DNA of 64,000 bases, taken from assembly GCF_009914755.1 (NCBI RefSeq), contig NC_060929.1; one strand, given 5' to 3'. Below, piece after piece: positions 1 through 17,162 of this stretch. The position numbers and the translations under genes were made by a program. A model generated the notes under the pieces. That model made no database searches. It saw nothing but the letters and a program-made list of their open reading frames with translations, and was not told the origin of the DNA. Within the stretch, counting starts at the first letter, position 1. Every line of letters starts with the position of its first letter. Source of the DNA: the human T2T-CHM13v2.0 reference genome, Homo sapiens.

Positions 1-400
1 GCCTCTCTGGCACTCCATCTTGTCTCTCTTCCCTGGAGAAAAGGCAAGCTGTATTCAATCATCTTTTCAATGCTAAAACCAGGCTTTCCTGTCGGAGTTG
101 GGGCCAGAGATGTTTCCATCCCCTCTTGCAAAAAGGGTATTCTTAAGAGGCCTTAAGTCTTCAGCATTGATAGTTTCTGGGAACAAAATAGAAATCAAAA
201 TCTCACCTTGTGTTCCCTTCCTCTTCCTGGACAGAGAATGGGACAGGCCCAGGCCATCCAGATCACTATGAACCTTATCAGAAACTTCAGTCCATTTTCT
301 CCGTTCCCTTCCCTGGGACTTGCATGCTATAATCTCCATACCCCTCCTTCCCCACTCTCCAGGCTTAGTGGGTGAGGCAGAGAGTGAGAGCCAGGCTTAC

Positions 401-460
401 CTGCCTTTTCTCCTCAGTGGGAAGAAGCTCAGTAACTGAGCTCAGACGCTAGTGGCATAC
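401..460 (-). other. Candidate 60-nt alternative downstream exon of SERINC5
   Basis: Acceptor tcatcctcttggtag|G, strong donor CAG|gtaagc. Prediction only. Confidence 0.3.
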
Positions 461-686
461 CTACCAAGAGGATGACATAAATGCCTCCTGTGGCCCTGAG
501 ATAGGCAGAGCTCTGCTGGCAGCCCAACCATATGTTCACTCGTTCATTAACAAACATCCACAGAGGCAGGCTGCTCTGGCCTGGAGGGGGATGTCCTACA
601 CTAGACGACTCAGGTTCATAGAGCCAGGCCTCATTCCACCCCCACTGGCTCAAGTGACTTTCTGGTGACCAGAAACTGGAGAGCTC

Positions 687-983
687 TTTTTTTTTTTTTT
701 AGACGGGGTCTTGCTCTCTCGCCCAGGCTGGAGTATACTGACACAATCTCGGCTCACTGCAACCTCTGACTCCCAGGTTCAACTGATTCTCCTGCCTCAG
801 CCTCCCAAGTAGCTGGGATTACAGGCGAGTGCCACCAGGCCCATCTAATTTTTTGTGTTTTTTAGTAGAGACGGGGTTTCGCCATGTTGGCCAGGCTGGT
901 CTCAAACTCCCGATCTCAGGCGATCCGCCCGCCTCAGCCTCCCAAAGTGCTGGGATTACAGGTGTGAGCCACCATGCCTGGCC
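687..983 (-). mobile_element. AluS
   Basis: Alu dimer with poly(T); TSD AGAGCTCTT. Confidence 0.95.
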
Positions 984-1059
984 CAGAGCTCTTAACTACA
1001 ATGACTATATGCAGAAGAACAAACTAACACGGAAGATGGCTAGGAACTGCGTAAGCCAA

Positions 1060-1290
1060 GACTCTGCAGTAAGACACACTTGAGTTCTGGTCCTCACTCT
1101 GCCGTTTACTCACAGTCCAACTGCAGATGGGACCTCACCTCTCTGAGCCTCAGTTTCCTCATTTGTAAAATAGGCAAATATTGGCACCTACCTCATAGAA
1201 TTAGTGCGAGGCTTAACTGAGGTGATCTAGGCAAAGCACTTAGCTTGGTACCTAGCACATATTAAGTGCTCAATAATAGGTGATGGTGAT
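1060..1290 (+). mobile_element. MIR
   Basis: Core cctctctgagcctcagtttcctcatttgtaaaa...taagtgctcaataa. Confidence 0.8.
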
Positions 1291-1462
1291 GATGTAAGTT
1301 GGACACAAGAGAAAAGGACACATACTAACTGATAATCACACAGAGCCACTGACTGGATTTGGTATCTTTCTCTGACATTCAGCTTTTCTTACCATCTGTC
1401 AGCATGCCACACTCCTTCAGCCTTGAATTATATGCTGCCTTGTGGTTTTGCTCTTATAAAAC

Positions 1463-2830
<1,368 letters not shown>

Positions 2831-3569
2831 CAACATTTGGTCCACTACTTGGAGTACCTAAGAACATGGACTTTAGAAGTAGACTGACCTGGATTCCAAT
2901 ACCAGCCCCACCATCACTCACTAGTTGGATGACCTTGATTCAGTTATTTAATATCTTTGAACCTCAGCTTCTGGAAAAGGGCCAATAATGCCAATAATGC
3001 TATGTCCCGGGGTTGTTTGAAAGAATTAAATAAGCTAATATGTTAAAAGTACTGGATAATTGGTAGCTCTCATTACTAGTGGTAGGTTTACCCCACTAGT
3101 CTACAAGCTCTTAAGAGCTGGAGTTATCTCTGCTTCCTTCACAAGTCTAGCACAAGTCTGCAAACAGTCTATCCTTAGTGAAGGTGGGGTGACAAACTGG
3201 CTGAACCAGTGGCCTAGACAGCCAATATCACCAATTATGTAAGATTCCACAGGGATCTAAAGGAGCGAATTAGAGGCACCCAATAGTGACCCCAATCTAA
3301 GCAGTGCAGGGATCAGCTGGGTGGGTTTGTCAGCAGAGAACAGGGCCACCAGGGCAGGCACATAGAACTAACTGCACTCACTGCACTGTTGTTAACTATT
3401 CTTTGAATCCCTCCACATGACGCCATTCCTACAGATGGAAGGTCAGCTACACTGGAGAAGTTCCAGAAATTCATAAATAGATTATGATCCCAAATCCCAG
3501 AGAGGAGGACTTTTCCAGATGGCAACTGGGAATTTACCTTAATGATTTCCCCATCCCAGAAGGGAAAGC

Positions 3570-3735
3570 TGTTCTGGTATATTACAAACATTACAGCACA
3601 TCTGAATAACCCAGAGAGCTTGTTTAAATGCACATTTTTGGGCCTCTACCAGGCTGGTTAAACAAAGCTTCAACAGAGTGGGGATAGGAACCAACCATTT
3701 TAAATAACCCCCTTTGGTAATTCTGGTTCAACCAT
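3570..3735. mobile_element. MER5-like hAT-Charlie remnant
   Basis: Resembles MER5: gcacatctgaataacccagagagcttgtttaaatgcacattttt. Confidence 0.5.
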
Positions 3736-4348
3736 AGCAATCAAATTATAGTCCAACCTAGGTAGGGGCTTGCTACCTAGGAGTCAATATGTAATACTGG
3801 AAAGAGTAAGAGTTTGGAAACTAAACAGAAATAGGGTCCAATCCTGGGTCGTCCACATAATAGCTGTGGGACCTTGGGCAAGTTACTTCATTTTTTTGGA
3901 TCTCAACTTCCTCTTCTATAAAGGGGGGGCTATACCTGTCAGGGTAGTGGTGTTAATTCAATGATAATTATGTAAAGTGCCTGCTCATAGTAGATTGAAG
4001 CAGAGACTGCTACTATTCACCAATCCATTTCTTCTTCTTGTTCATACACAACTAGACTATATTTCCCAGCACCCTTTGCAGCCAGGCACGGCCACACTAG
4101 TTCTCACCAAGGGGATATGGTTCTAAGTTATAGTACCTATTCTTGGCAAAGGCTTAAGGAACAGATATGCCTCCTCCAGGTTTTCTTTTGTCTTACATCA
4201 CTTGGATGCAGGTGACAGGTTCTAGGGAACTGGGGATCTACAACATGGAAGGAGCCTGTATGCCTGAGTTACTAGGTAGGGGAAAGCTATCCATCAACTA
4301 GAATGCCTGCCTTGGACTCTTCTGCAAACGAGAAATAAGCTCATATAC

Positions 4349-5419
<1,071 letters not shown>

Positions 5420-5459
5420 TACACTTTTGGGATCTATTTTACAACTAACCTATAGTCAG

Positions 5460-5864
5460 TGTGTTAATCCATTTTGCATTGCTATTAAGAAATACCTGAG
5501 ACTGGGTAATTTATTTTAAAAAGAGGTTTATTTTGCCTTATGGTTCTGCAGGCTGTACAACCATGGCACCAGCATCTGCTTCTGGTGAGGACTCAAGAAA
5601 CTACCAATCATGGCAGAAGCAGGTGTGTCACATGGCGACAGAGAGAGAAAGAGAGGGGGAGGAGATGCCAGGCTCTTTTAAACAACTAGCTCTCATGTGA
5701 ACTTAATAGAGTGAGAACCCACTCATTACCTCGGGGAGGGCACAAAACCATTCATGAGGGATCTGCCCCCACGACCCAGACACCTCCCACCAGGTCCCAT
5801 CTTCAACCCTGGGAATCACATTTCAACCTGAGATTTGGAGGGGACACACATCCAAACCATATCA
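5460..5864 (-). mobile_element. MSTA/MSTB solo LTR
   Basis: Termini tgtgttaatcc...ccaaaccatatca; perfect 5-bp TSD GTCAG. Confidence 0.9.
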
Positions 5865-5981
5865 GTCAGGAAATGTTCACCCCCTTTCTCCACCTCCAAA
5901 TAACAATTACACAGTACCCAGCATCTGTGCAAACATTTTATTCTATTCACAATTCTCATATGGTGTAAATTGCAATCTCTC

Positions 5982-6932
5982 TGTAGTAGGACAAATTCTA
6001 GGGATGACCTCTGTATTAGTCAGGCTTCTCTAGAGGGACAGAACTAATAGTATATATATATATATAATATGAGTTTATTAAATATTAGCTCACACGATCA
6101 CAACGTCCCACAATAGGCCATCTGCAGGCCGATCTGATGTCCAATGTTTGAGGGCAGGAAGCATCCAGCACGGGAGAAAGATGTAGAGTGGGAGGCTAGA
6201 CCCATCTTTCTTTTCACATTTTTCTGCCTGCTTATATTCTAGCAGTGCTGGCAGCTGATTAGACTGTGCCCACCCAGATTAAGAGTGGGTCTGCCTTTCC
6301 CAGCCCACTGACTCAAATGTTAATCCCTTTTGGCAATACCCTCACAGACACACCCAAGATCAATCCTTTCAATCCAATCAAGTTGACACTCAGTATTAAC
6401 CATCATAACCTCCCTGAGAAACACAAATCTAGGTACTCCTGTGAAGGGATTCTGCAAATGTAATTAAAGTTTCAAGTCAGTCAACCTTAAAATACAGAGA
6501 TGATCTGGGTGATCCTGATCTAATCACAAGAGCCCTTTACACAACAGAAGGGGAATTCGGAGAGATTTGAAGTATGAGGAAGACTCAAGTGCCATTGCTG
6601 CTTGAAGATGGCAGCACCACGTGAGAAGGAATACCTCAAGGAACTGAAAGTGGCCCTTGCCTAACAGTCAGCAAGGAAAGAGGAACCTCAGACCTACAGC
6701 TGTAAGGAACTGGATTCAGCCAATAATTGGAATGAACTTGGAAGCAGATTTTTCTCAGTGCCTCCAGGTAAAAGCTCTGCAACCAATACCTTGATTTCCA
6801 GCCCTGTGCTATTCCTGAGCATAGAAATCAGGCAAGCCTGCCTGGACTTCTGACTACAGAACTGTCCACTAATAAATTTATGTTGTTAAATTTGTGGTGA
6901 TTTGTCACAGCAGCAATAAAAAAACTAATACA
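5982..6932 (+). mobile_element. MLT1D/E-type MaLR LTR, host of the MLT2A insertion
   Basis: Starts tgtagtagg, ends cagcaataaaaaactaataca. Confidence 0.75.
6012..6407 (-). mobile_element. MLT2A1/A2 (HERV-L) solo LTR
   Basis: Reads tgtattagtcagg..ctctagagggacagaactaatag...ttgacactcagtattaaccatca; perfect 5-bp TSD ACCTC. Confidence 0.9.
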
Positions 6933-6957
6933 TTCTCTTAATCTGTTTTGTCATCAA

Positions 6958-7272
6958 TTTTTCTTTGAGACGGAGTCTCACTCTCTTTCCCAGCCTGGAG
7001 TGCAGTGGTGTGATCATAGCCCATTGTAACCTCAAAATCGTGGGCTCAAGCAGTTCTCCCACCTCAATCTCTCGAGTAGCTAGGACTACAGGCACATGCC
7101 ACCATACTTGGCTGATTTTTTTAAAAAAATTATTTTTTATGTAGAGATGGGGTCTCACTATGTTGCCCAGGCTGGTCTCAAACTCCTGGCTTGAAGAGAT
7201 CCTTCTATCTCAGCTGGGAGGATCCCAGGATCCCAAAGCGCTGGGATTACAGGCGTGAGCCTCCATGCCTAG
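6958..7272 (-). mobile_element. AluJ
   Basis: Diverged Alu dimer. Confidence 0.9.
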
Positions 7273-7866
7273 CTTCCTCACTTATTTTTTATTAATAAAA
7301 AGTGACATGGGGAGATGGTGGAAGTTAGAGTGATGATATCTGAGTATGCTCTTAGCTTTACATTTGCTCAGTTCCTTGTGCTGAGTTGTCTGTTAGGGAG
7401 CTTCCTGCCCTTATAGTGAGAATGTGACATAGTCTGGGCATCAGCTGCAGCTCTTTGAACAGAGATGATCCAGCTCCCCATCTCACCAGCCCCCAAATCC
7501 AAAACTTAAAAGCGGAGCTGCTGTCAAGGAAAACAAAGTTAAGCAAAATGACTTCAAAGCCCAATGTGCTCACCTTCACTCTCCCAGTGGGTCCTTGCAC
7601 CTGAGAACGTGCAGGGTCCATCAGTATTGACCTCCCCTTTCCACCAGCCCTGGAAGTTATGGAAGGGGAAGGTAGCTTATTCTGATATCGTGTCCTGTAA
7701 TAATGCTTCCTGGCCTGGCACATATATCCTTGTTTCTGTGCCTCTTGTTCTAAAACATCCTCCCTTTCCGAAAGCTGAAACTGTTCCTGCACACATTATG
7801 CACTTAACCAGGTAAATTTCAGAAGATTTTAAAAAGTTTCCCAGTGAAGGAAGGAGAGAGAGGTAT

Positions 7867-8346
7867 TGTCCTGAGATACTGAATATGCGGATGGCCAGAC
7901 TAGATATCAAAATAGAACCCTGACCCACAATCTGTGGCAACTAGCCTGGGAAGCCAACATATTATCTGCAGTAACCAATCCAGGAAGCAAAGCAATAACC
8001 CCCTTAGCAATGGACCCCAAATGGCCAGGACTCGATTAATAAACTGACAGCTCCCATAATTTTTGCCCCTACCTCCAACTTTGGACTAACCAGAGAAAGC
8101 CAAATGGGCACCCCCAACCAATCACATAGCATGCCGCACTTCTAGCTGGCCCACTTGCAGCTTCCCCGTGCCAACAGTCTCAGGGCACGCCCAAAGTGTT
8201 CCCTTTTTTCTACCACAAGGCTTTTCCACACCTCTGCCTGCCTTTAAGTGTCTGCCAAACACAAGTGATGGTGGCTGACTACCTTGCAACCTCTCTATAG
8301 TAGGCTTTGTTTGTTCTTATTTGGGTGGTCTTCATTTATTTCCACA
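7867..8346 (+). mobile_element. ERV-type solo LTR (subfamily uncertain, MER54/MER77-like)
   Basis: TG...CA termini; aatagaaccctgacccacaatc motif. Confidence 0.5.
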
Positions 8347-8979
8347 GTCCTTGTTTTTCAGGGAGATTTAGGGCTTAAATACAAGGAAATTTCATGTAAG
8401 GATGCAGGAGTGTTTCATGGAACCTCAAGCTCAGGAAAGCTGCACAGCCATGGGAAGACCCTAGAGCCGGAGTCTGGAAAAGCAATCCGAGCTTGGATCT
8501 TAGAAATCTTGTCTTCTTGCAAACCGGGTTCTCTGGTCCAAATGGCCAAAAACATGACCATGGACAGGGCCTGTGCTTATCTCGTCACCTGCAGAGAGGC
8601 AACTCTCTGTACGTCCTGATTCCAAGTTCCTGGAGAAGGACACAGACTGAACCACCTTGGGTCAGGCACCATCCTTGACCAATTTACTAACAGTGCCCAA
8701 CTCCCACCCAGGGTGGGGAGTAGTTGCAGGTAGTCTTGTTTATGAACATGGCAATCAGAAGCCCATCCCTGTCACTGTGTGGAGGGGAGGGGAGAGAAGA
8801 GGGATGGTTCCAACCAAAAAAGGTAGGGGGATGGACATCCCAATAGGGGTCCACTCCATTCCTGATGGCACAGTGAGACAGTTGTCATGTGTCACGTGCT
8901 AGACTCTTGACTCTGTGCCTCCCAGTACCTGCTACTGACCAACATGGTCTAGTGAGCGATTTTTCTTGTGAAGGCATCC

Positions 8980-9660
8980 ATCCATTCATTCATTCATATA
9001 GCAAACAATTGTACATCACAACCTTATGCTAGGTGCTAGGTATACAATGATAAAACAAACACAAAAACCAAAACCACAATCTCTACCCTCAATGTGAGGA
9101 GATACCACCACATAAACGAACAATTACAATACTGTGAAACATGTTATGCTCAATCTATGGCCTAAATCAGATGAGAGGCTGGGCAGAGGATCAGGCTGCC
9201 AAGAAATGCTTCCTAGAGGGCATGCTGCCCGAAATGAACCTTGAAAATCAGGGAGCTTGATAGAAATAGGGAAAGAGAGAGTGTTTCAGGCAGAAGCAAG
9301 GTTCACTGTCAAGGAAAGGCATTTCAGGAAACCAAAAGTAGTATCTGTTTGACATGAGCTATATTGGAGTGAGAGTACTGGGAGGTAGGCTAGAAAGGGG
9401 AACAGAGACTAGATATGAAGGAACTTGAAAGCCGTAAGTATATGAAGAAGGCAATGGGCTTTCTACACAGGAATGACCTTGATGACTTGATTTGCATTAT
9501 TGAAAGCTCACCATGGCTGGAATGGATTGGGGACGTCCGATGATGGGAAGACTCAGCTGGGCAGTTGCTGCATTAACTGTGGAGTTATAATGGTGACCTA
9601 CGAGAGCAGCTTTGGATACGGAGAAGAGCAAACTGGTTTAAGAAACGTCATCACCTGGGT
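8980..9660 (-). mobile_element. L2 3' fragment
   Basis: (ttca)n tail followed by atgctaggtgctaggtatac and L2-like purine-rich sequence. Confidence 0.7.
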
Positions 9661-12600
9661 CAAGAAAAGGACATGCAGTGGGTTGGGTAGGGAGGAAAAT
9701 AGATGTAAATAAAGTTATTAGTTGAAAAAGAAAAGCAAGATCGAGAGAGAAATTAATTCTATTGCCACCTATTCATGAGAATCACAAGGCTGAATCAAAA
9801 GCCTTCCTGCAAACCTAGACTCACGCTGGTTCAGTTCAGAGACTCTATCAGAAAGATGAGGAGCTCATGAGTCATCCATCAATGTGATCTTGTGATTTTT
9901 CTTGTGACCACAAGACAAAGGAAGAGAAGAGTACTTTGGAGTCATTATGATGAAAATTCAGTTGAATACACTGGAAAGTCAAAACGAGAGGAGAAGGAGG
10001 AACCGAAAATCTGATTCAGTCTTGACCACCAAGTAGAATTGGGACAGAAACAATTAAGTAGGCACAGATCCAATTTGGATTATAAAAAGCTGGTTCATCA
10101 GGAAGGCCACTATAAAACCAGAAGCAAACGAAGAGTCAATTAAGTACAAAAGTTTTTACTATGACTATGCAGTGAGGTCCAAACTGTACTAAATTTGAAG
10201 TTCCCTGCCAAAGAGAAATGTAAGCTTCCCTGGTGGTATAAGTCAGAATTTCATGACATCAGCCAGATAACCACAAAAGAATATATCTTTTAGTGCTAGA
10301 TGCTTCTAAGCCTTTCTCCACCCAACTAACCAACATTCACTTACTGATTTACTTATTTCTTTAACAAACACACTCCATTTCATAGCCACATTCTTTCAAA
10401 GCTGACAGGTTGAGATATATCTAAAACACAAAATCTCCAACATACATTTTCTTCTTCAGTGTTGTGAGATGTATTTTTCTAAAACACTGTTCTGCACATA
10501 CTACCATTCCAATATTAAAAACAAGTTAGTTATCCACTGCCTTTTTTGTACAAATGAAATTCATAAATTTTAATTTGGTTACAAAAAAATTTTTCATCAA
10601 AATTTTTGCTTATTTGTTTATATAAAAATGGAGACAGGGTCTCACTATGTTGCCCAGGCTGGCCTCAAACTCCTAAGCTCAAGTGATCTTCCCACCTTGA
10701 CCTCCCAAAGTGATAGGATTACAGGCATGCGATACCAAGCCTGGTATAATTTAAATTTTTAATTAAAAATTGTTAATTTGTCTACAAAATAAATATATAC
10801 TCATCATCAAAAACTTTCAAAGAAGAAGATTAAAATCACCATAATTCCAACACCCAGACACAATCACAATCACTTCTGTAAGTTAGGATATACTGACAGC
10901 CTATGTGACAGGGAAAAAACTAAGTTGTAAGAATTTTTTAAAAACCTCCTATTCCCCATTACAGTAGATTTTATTACTCAAAATATTTGCTGCCCCACCC
11001 TGGGGAAGATAATACTTCCCCATTTCATTGCATCAGCCTTAGAGATGTGGTTTGAGGTGTCCCTTCTTGTGGGAGGATTACATATTCTCATCTCCTTGAC
11101 CTCAAGAGTGGCCATGAGACTTGCTTTGACCAATGCAATGATAACAGAAGTGATGTGTGCCACTTCGAAGCAGAAGCTCTGATTCATCATATGGTTCTAC
11201 TATGTTCGTTCTCTCTTCCATGAAACCAGCAATATCCCAAATACAGACTGCTGGTCCCAGGATGGAAAACTTAGAGCAAAGCTACCGGTAGCCCACAATG
11301 TGAGCAAGAACTGAACTTTAGTCATTGTAAGCCACTGAGGGTTTTGGAGTTGCTTGTTACCACAGCATAACTTAGCCGACACTGACTGATACCACCTACC
11401 TCCAAAATGTCATCTGAGTTTTCTTTATGTCTGAAGAGAGCCTTTATGCATTGAAATAAATACTCCCTTTAATTTCAACTTATATTTTATATATTTAAAT
11501 TATATGTTTTAAAACTTAATTTTGAAGACTTTAAACTTGTGTTAATTTATAAATCAATTTTGTTAATATTTTATTATCTACTTTTATTTGGTTTTGATGA
11601 ATGCCCAACTGGCTTGTAAATTTGATAAGGTACTCCCAAATATTTATCAAACTTTCAGAATTAAGTTTTAGACATTTCAAACTACAATCTAATTTTAATT
11701 GATTTCTCAAGGAAAAAAACAACAAAGCAGACTCACATTTCTATAGGCAAAATCTTAATAAACACTGAAAACATACTGAACTTAAAAAGTTTAACCTTAC
11801 AAATTTAATAAATTATAAATTTAAAGATTTAACAATTTAAACATTTGAACATTATTTCAAACTTAGTTATCAACATCTTATAAATTTTTACTAATATTTT
11901 GAGTCTAATGAATCAGTCTCTTTACTTACCTTAAAAAGCAGAAAAATATACACAAAATACTATAATGGTTACAAAACTTATTTCTAGATAAAATTTATGA
12001 CTAGACATAACTTAGCTTGTCTTCCAAGGGTCTTTGAAAGTATGTTTGTTTTCTGGCAATAAGAAGATATTTCCAGACTCATCTTGATATTTCCTGCCGT
12101 AAAACATGCAATGAATTTTTCTCCAGGGAGCCCAGTGCCCTCAGGGTCTTCTGGCTGGAATGCAGATTAGATGGATTGGCAAAGCAGCTGCTGGGGCCAC
12201 AAGGGGAAACCAGAAATCCACAGTAATCTTTGACCTGACGTCCTTGAGCTGCTGAACCAACATCCCAGGTTTTTAAGTCCCTGTGGTCCATTTGTCAAAT
12301 GCAATTCCTTACTGATATAATGGTTATACAAATAAAGAAGCCCAGAGAAAGCACTGCATATGGAAAGGAAAGATTGACCTAAAGGGGAAGATCTTGTGGG
12401 GAGGGGAGGCAGTGAAGAAAAGAGGAGGCAGGAAAGGGAACTGGGGAGAGAGGGGAGATCTGGCAGTTTCTGTGAAAGCAAATTAGTAAGGATTTTAAGA
12501 AAAGTTTGCCTTTATTCCATTGCCATAATGGGGATTAGAACAGTAACATCCATAGGATCATTGTGAGAATTATGCCAAGCACACATTAAGTGTTCAATAA

Positions 12601-13142
12601 ACATTGGCTATCATTATTATTTTATTATGCTGGGCCTCCAGAATGGATTAGAGTTGCAGACTGGAACATTATAAGGAAATCCAGGAAGTCCATTCATTCT
12701 TACTCTTTCCCTCCCTCTCCTCTCTTCCACAATTGCTCCTCTGCACAGCTGTTTTAATCCTATATCTTTCTGCAGATTGGCTTTCTTTCTATGTCTGTGA
12801 TGCTTAAAACAGTCACTAACAACATCTTTCAAGTTTCCAAACTCCTTGGTTCAAGACAGCAGCCATTTCGAAGAAATTTCCAGAAAGACACTGATTGTCC
12901 AGCTTAGATGGAAAGTCCACTCTTGGATCAATTAACTGAAGCTATGACAGGAGAGTTGTATGGAAAAGACATGGCTGCTCCTACTAGAAAACTTCCCAAA
13001 ATATGAAGGAGGGAAAAGCAGGGAGGAGGTGCCGCTGTGAAGACGTAATGGTAGGTAAACATTTGGGTACATTTCCTTTGGGTCCATGTGCACACGAGTA
13101 CGTTTATGCATGTGTGCATAACTTGGATAGCACTGTATATAG

Positions 13143-13503
<361 letters not shown>

Positions 13504-13918
13504 TAAGATATTTTTCTACAGCACTGTATTTATTAGCTAGGTTAACATTTCCATATATAGATGTTCTAAGTGAATTTAAATTATTTCTATTATTTTGCTT
13601 TTATGAACTCTATTTGAGTGATATTCTTGTAACTGAATAGTTGAAACTATTATTAACTCCTTAGGGAAATTCCTTAAATTGGAATTGCGAGGTCAGAAGG
13701 TGTGTCATTTTTTAACAGTTTTGATACATTTTGCTAAATGTGCCAGGCAATTTAAGCCACACTCCCACCACAACATACAAAATGCAGTCTTCCTCAATAT
13801 CGTCTTCAGTGCTTAGTTGAAAATTAATCACCATTTGATAAGTGAAACAAAATTTCCTTAATTACTAGTAAGATTGAAGGATAGTTTCATGTTTTTTTGA
13901 CCAACTGTTTTTCTATTA

Positions 13919-14413
<495 letters not shown>

Positions 14414-14609
14414 TCAAATCTCTTCTTTCCAGCACCTATCTTTATCTTTCCATATGCCTAGAAGGATATCATCCACTATCTACCTAAGTATCACCCTTTC
14501 CTATGTCCCATTCCCTAAATAGAGTTTAGACATTTCAATTGGCATTTAAAAGTCCTTCACAAGGCACTACGATGTCTTGTTTTTCACTACTGCCATCCAC
14601 AAATCTTTC

Positions 14610-15559
14610 TTTTATCCATCCATTTGTTCATTTATTCATTTGTCACCTATTTACTAAGCACCTATTATGTACCAGGCATCATTCTAGACACTGGGGATAC
14701 AGGAGTGAACACATCCCTACCCCTAAGGGAGCTTGAATTTTAGTGCCACTGAAGACAAACTGAAAAGGTAAGAAAATGTATATAGTTGGCTGGATGGTGA
14801 TAAGTACTATAGAAAACAATAAAGCAGTAAAGTAGGGTAGGAAATTCAGGGAGAGAGTGAAATCTTACATAGAATAGTCAGGGAGAACTTCACTGAAAAT
14901 GTAATACATATTTGAGGAAGAGTGTGAGGATGGTGACTGATATGGTTTGGCTGTGTCCCTACCCAAATCTCATCTTGAACTGTAGCTCCCATAATTCCCA
15001 TGTGTCATGGGGGGGACCTGGTGAGAGGTAACTGAATCATGGGACTGGGTCTTTCCCATGCTGTTCTCATAGTGGTAAATAAGTCTCACGAGATCTGATG
15101 GTTTTATAAATGGTAGACCCTACACACTCTCTTGCCTGCCACCATGTAAGACATGACTTTGCTCCTCATTCGCCTTCAGCCATGATTCTGAGGCCTCCCC
15201 AGCCATGTGGAGCTGTGAATCAATTAAACCTTTTTCATTTATAAATTACCCAGTCTTGGGTATGTCTTTATTAGCAGCGTGAGAACAGACTGATACAGTG
15301 ACAGAATGGGCCAAGTGCTATCCAAGGGAGAAGCATTCCAGTATGGGAAAGAGTGTGTGCAGAGAGCCTGCAGGGGAGAGGGGGAAGGAGGAGCATACCT
15401 CCTGGATTTGAACACCAGCAAGGAAGCCAGTAATGCTGGAACAGAGTGGGCAAAGAGGGTAGTTGAGGCAGGGATAGGGAATGGGTCATGCAGGGTTTTG
15501 TAGACCACTGTAAAGTCTTTGGCTTTTACTTCAAAGGAAACGGGAAGCCATTTTGAGGG
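14610..15559 (-). mobile_element. L2 3' end, interrupted by THE1; further L2 sequence at ~19400-19620
   Basis: Reads ttcatttattcatt...aagcacctattatgtaccaggcatcattctagacactggggatac. Confidence 0.8.
14938..15297 (+). mobile_element. THE1 (B-like) solo LTR
   Basis: Reads tgatatggtttggctgtgtcc...gaacagactgataca, 360 bp; perfect TSD GTGAC. Confidence 0.93.
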
Positions 15560-16663
<1,104 letters not shown>

Positions 16664-16781
16664 AAAAATTGGCACCAGAACATGAAATACTACTGGAATG
16701 AAAACCTAAAGCCAATTGCTACATGTTTGGGACCAAGTAACACATAGAAGACTGAAGAGCAGTGAGAAGGCTGTTGGTGTC

Positions 16782-17162
16782 TTCACATGGTTTGATATTT
16801 GTCCCTCCCAAATCTCATGTTGAAATGTAATCCTCAGCGTTGGAGGTGGGGCCTGGTGGGAGGTGTCATGGTTGCAGATCCCTCATGGCTTGGTGCTGTC
16901 TTCGCAATAGTAAGTTCTCATGAGATCTCGTTGTGTGTGGCACCTCTCCCTACCTGCTCCTCTTCTTGCCATGTGACGTGCCTGCTCGCACTTCACCTTC
17001 CACAGTGAGTAAAAGCTCACTGAGGCCTCTCCAGAAGCCGAGCAGATGCCAGTACCAATGCTTATACTGCCTGCAGAACTATGAGCCAAATAAACCCCTT
17101 TTCTCTATAAATTACCCAGTCTTGGGTATTCCTTTAGAGCAATGCAAGAAAGGCCTAACACT
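16782..17162 (+). mobile_element. MSTA/MSTB solo LTR
   Basis: Reads ccaaatctcatgttgaaatgtaatc...ataaattacccagtc...gcaatgcaagaa. Confidence 0.85.

Noticed and set aside
9720-10300. Purine-rich unique-looking stretch considered as a processed pseudogene
   Set aside because: No sustained ORF, poly(A) tail or TSD, and no similarity I can recognise. A BLAST or Dfam search would be needed.
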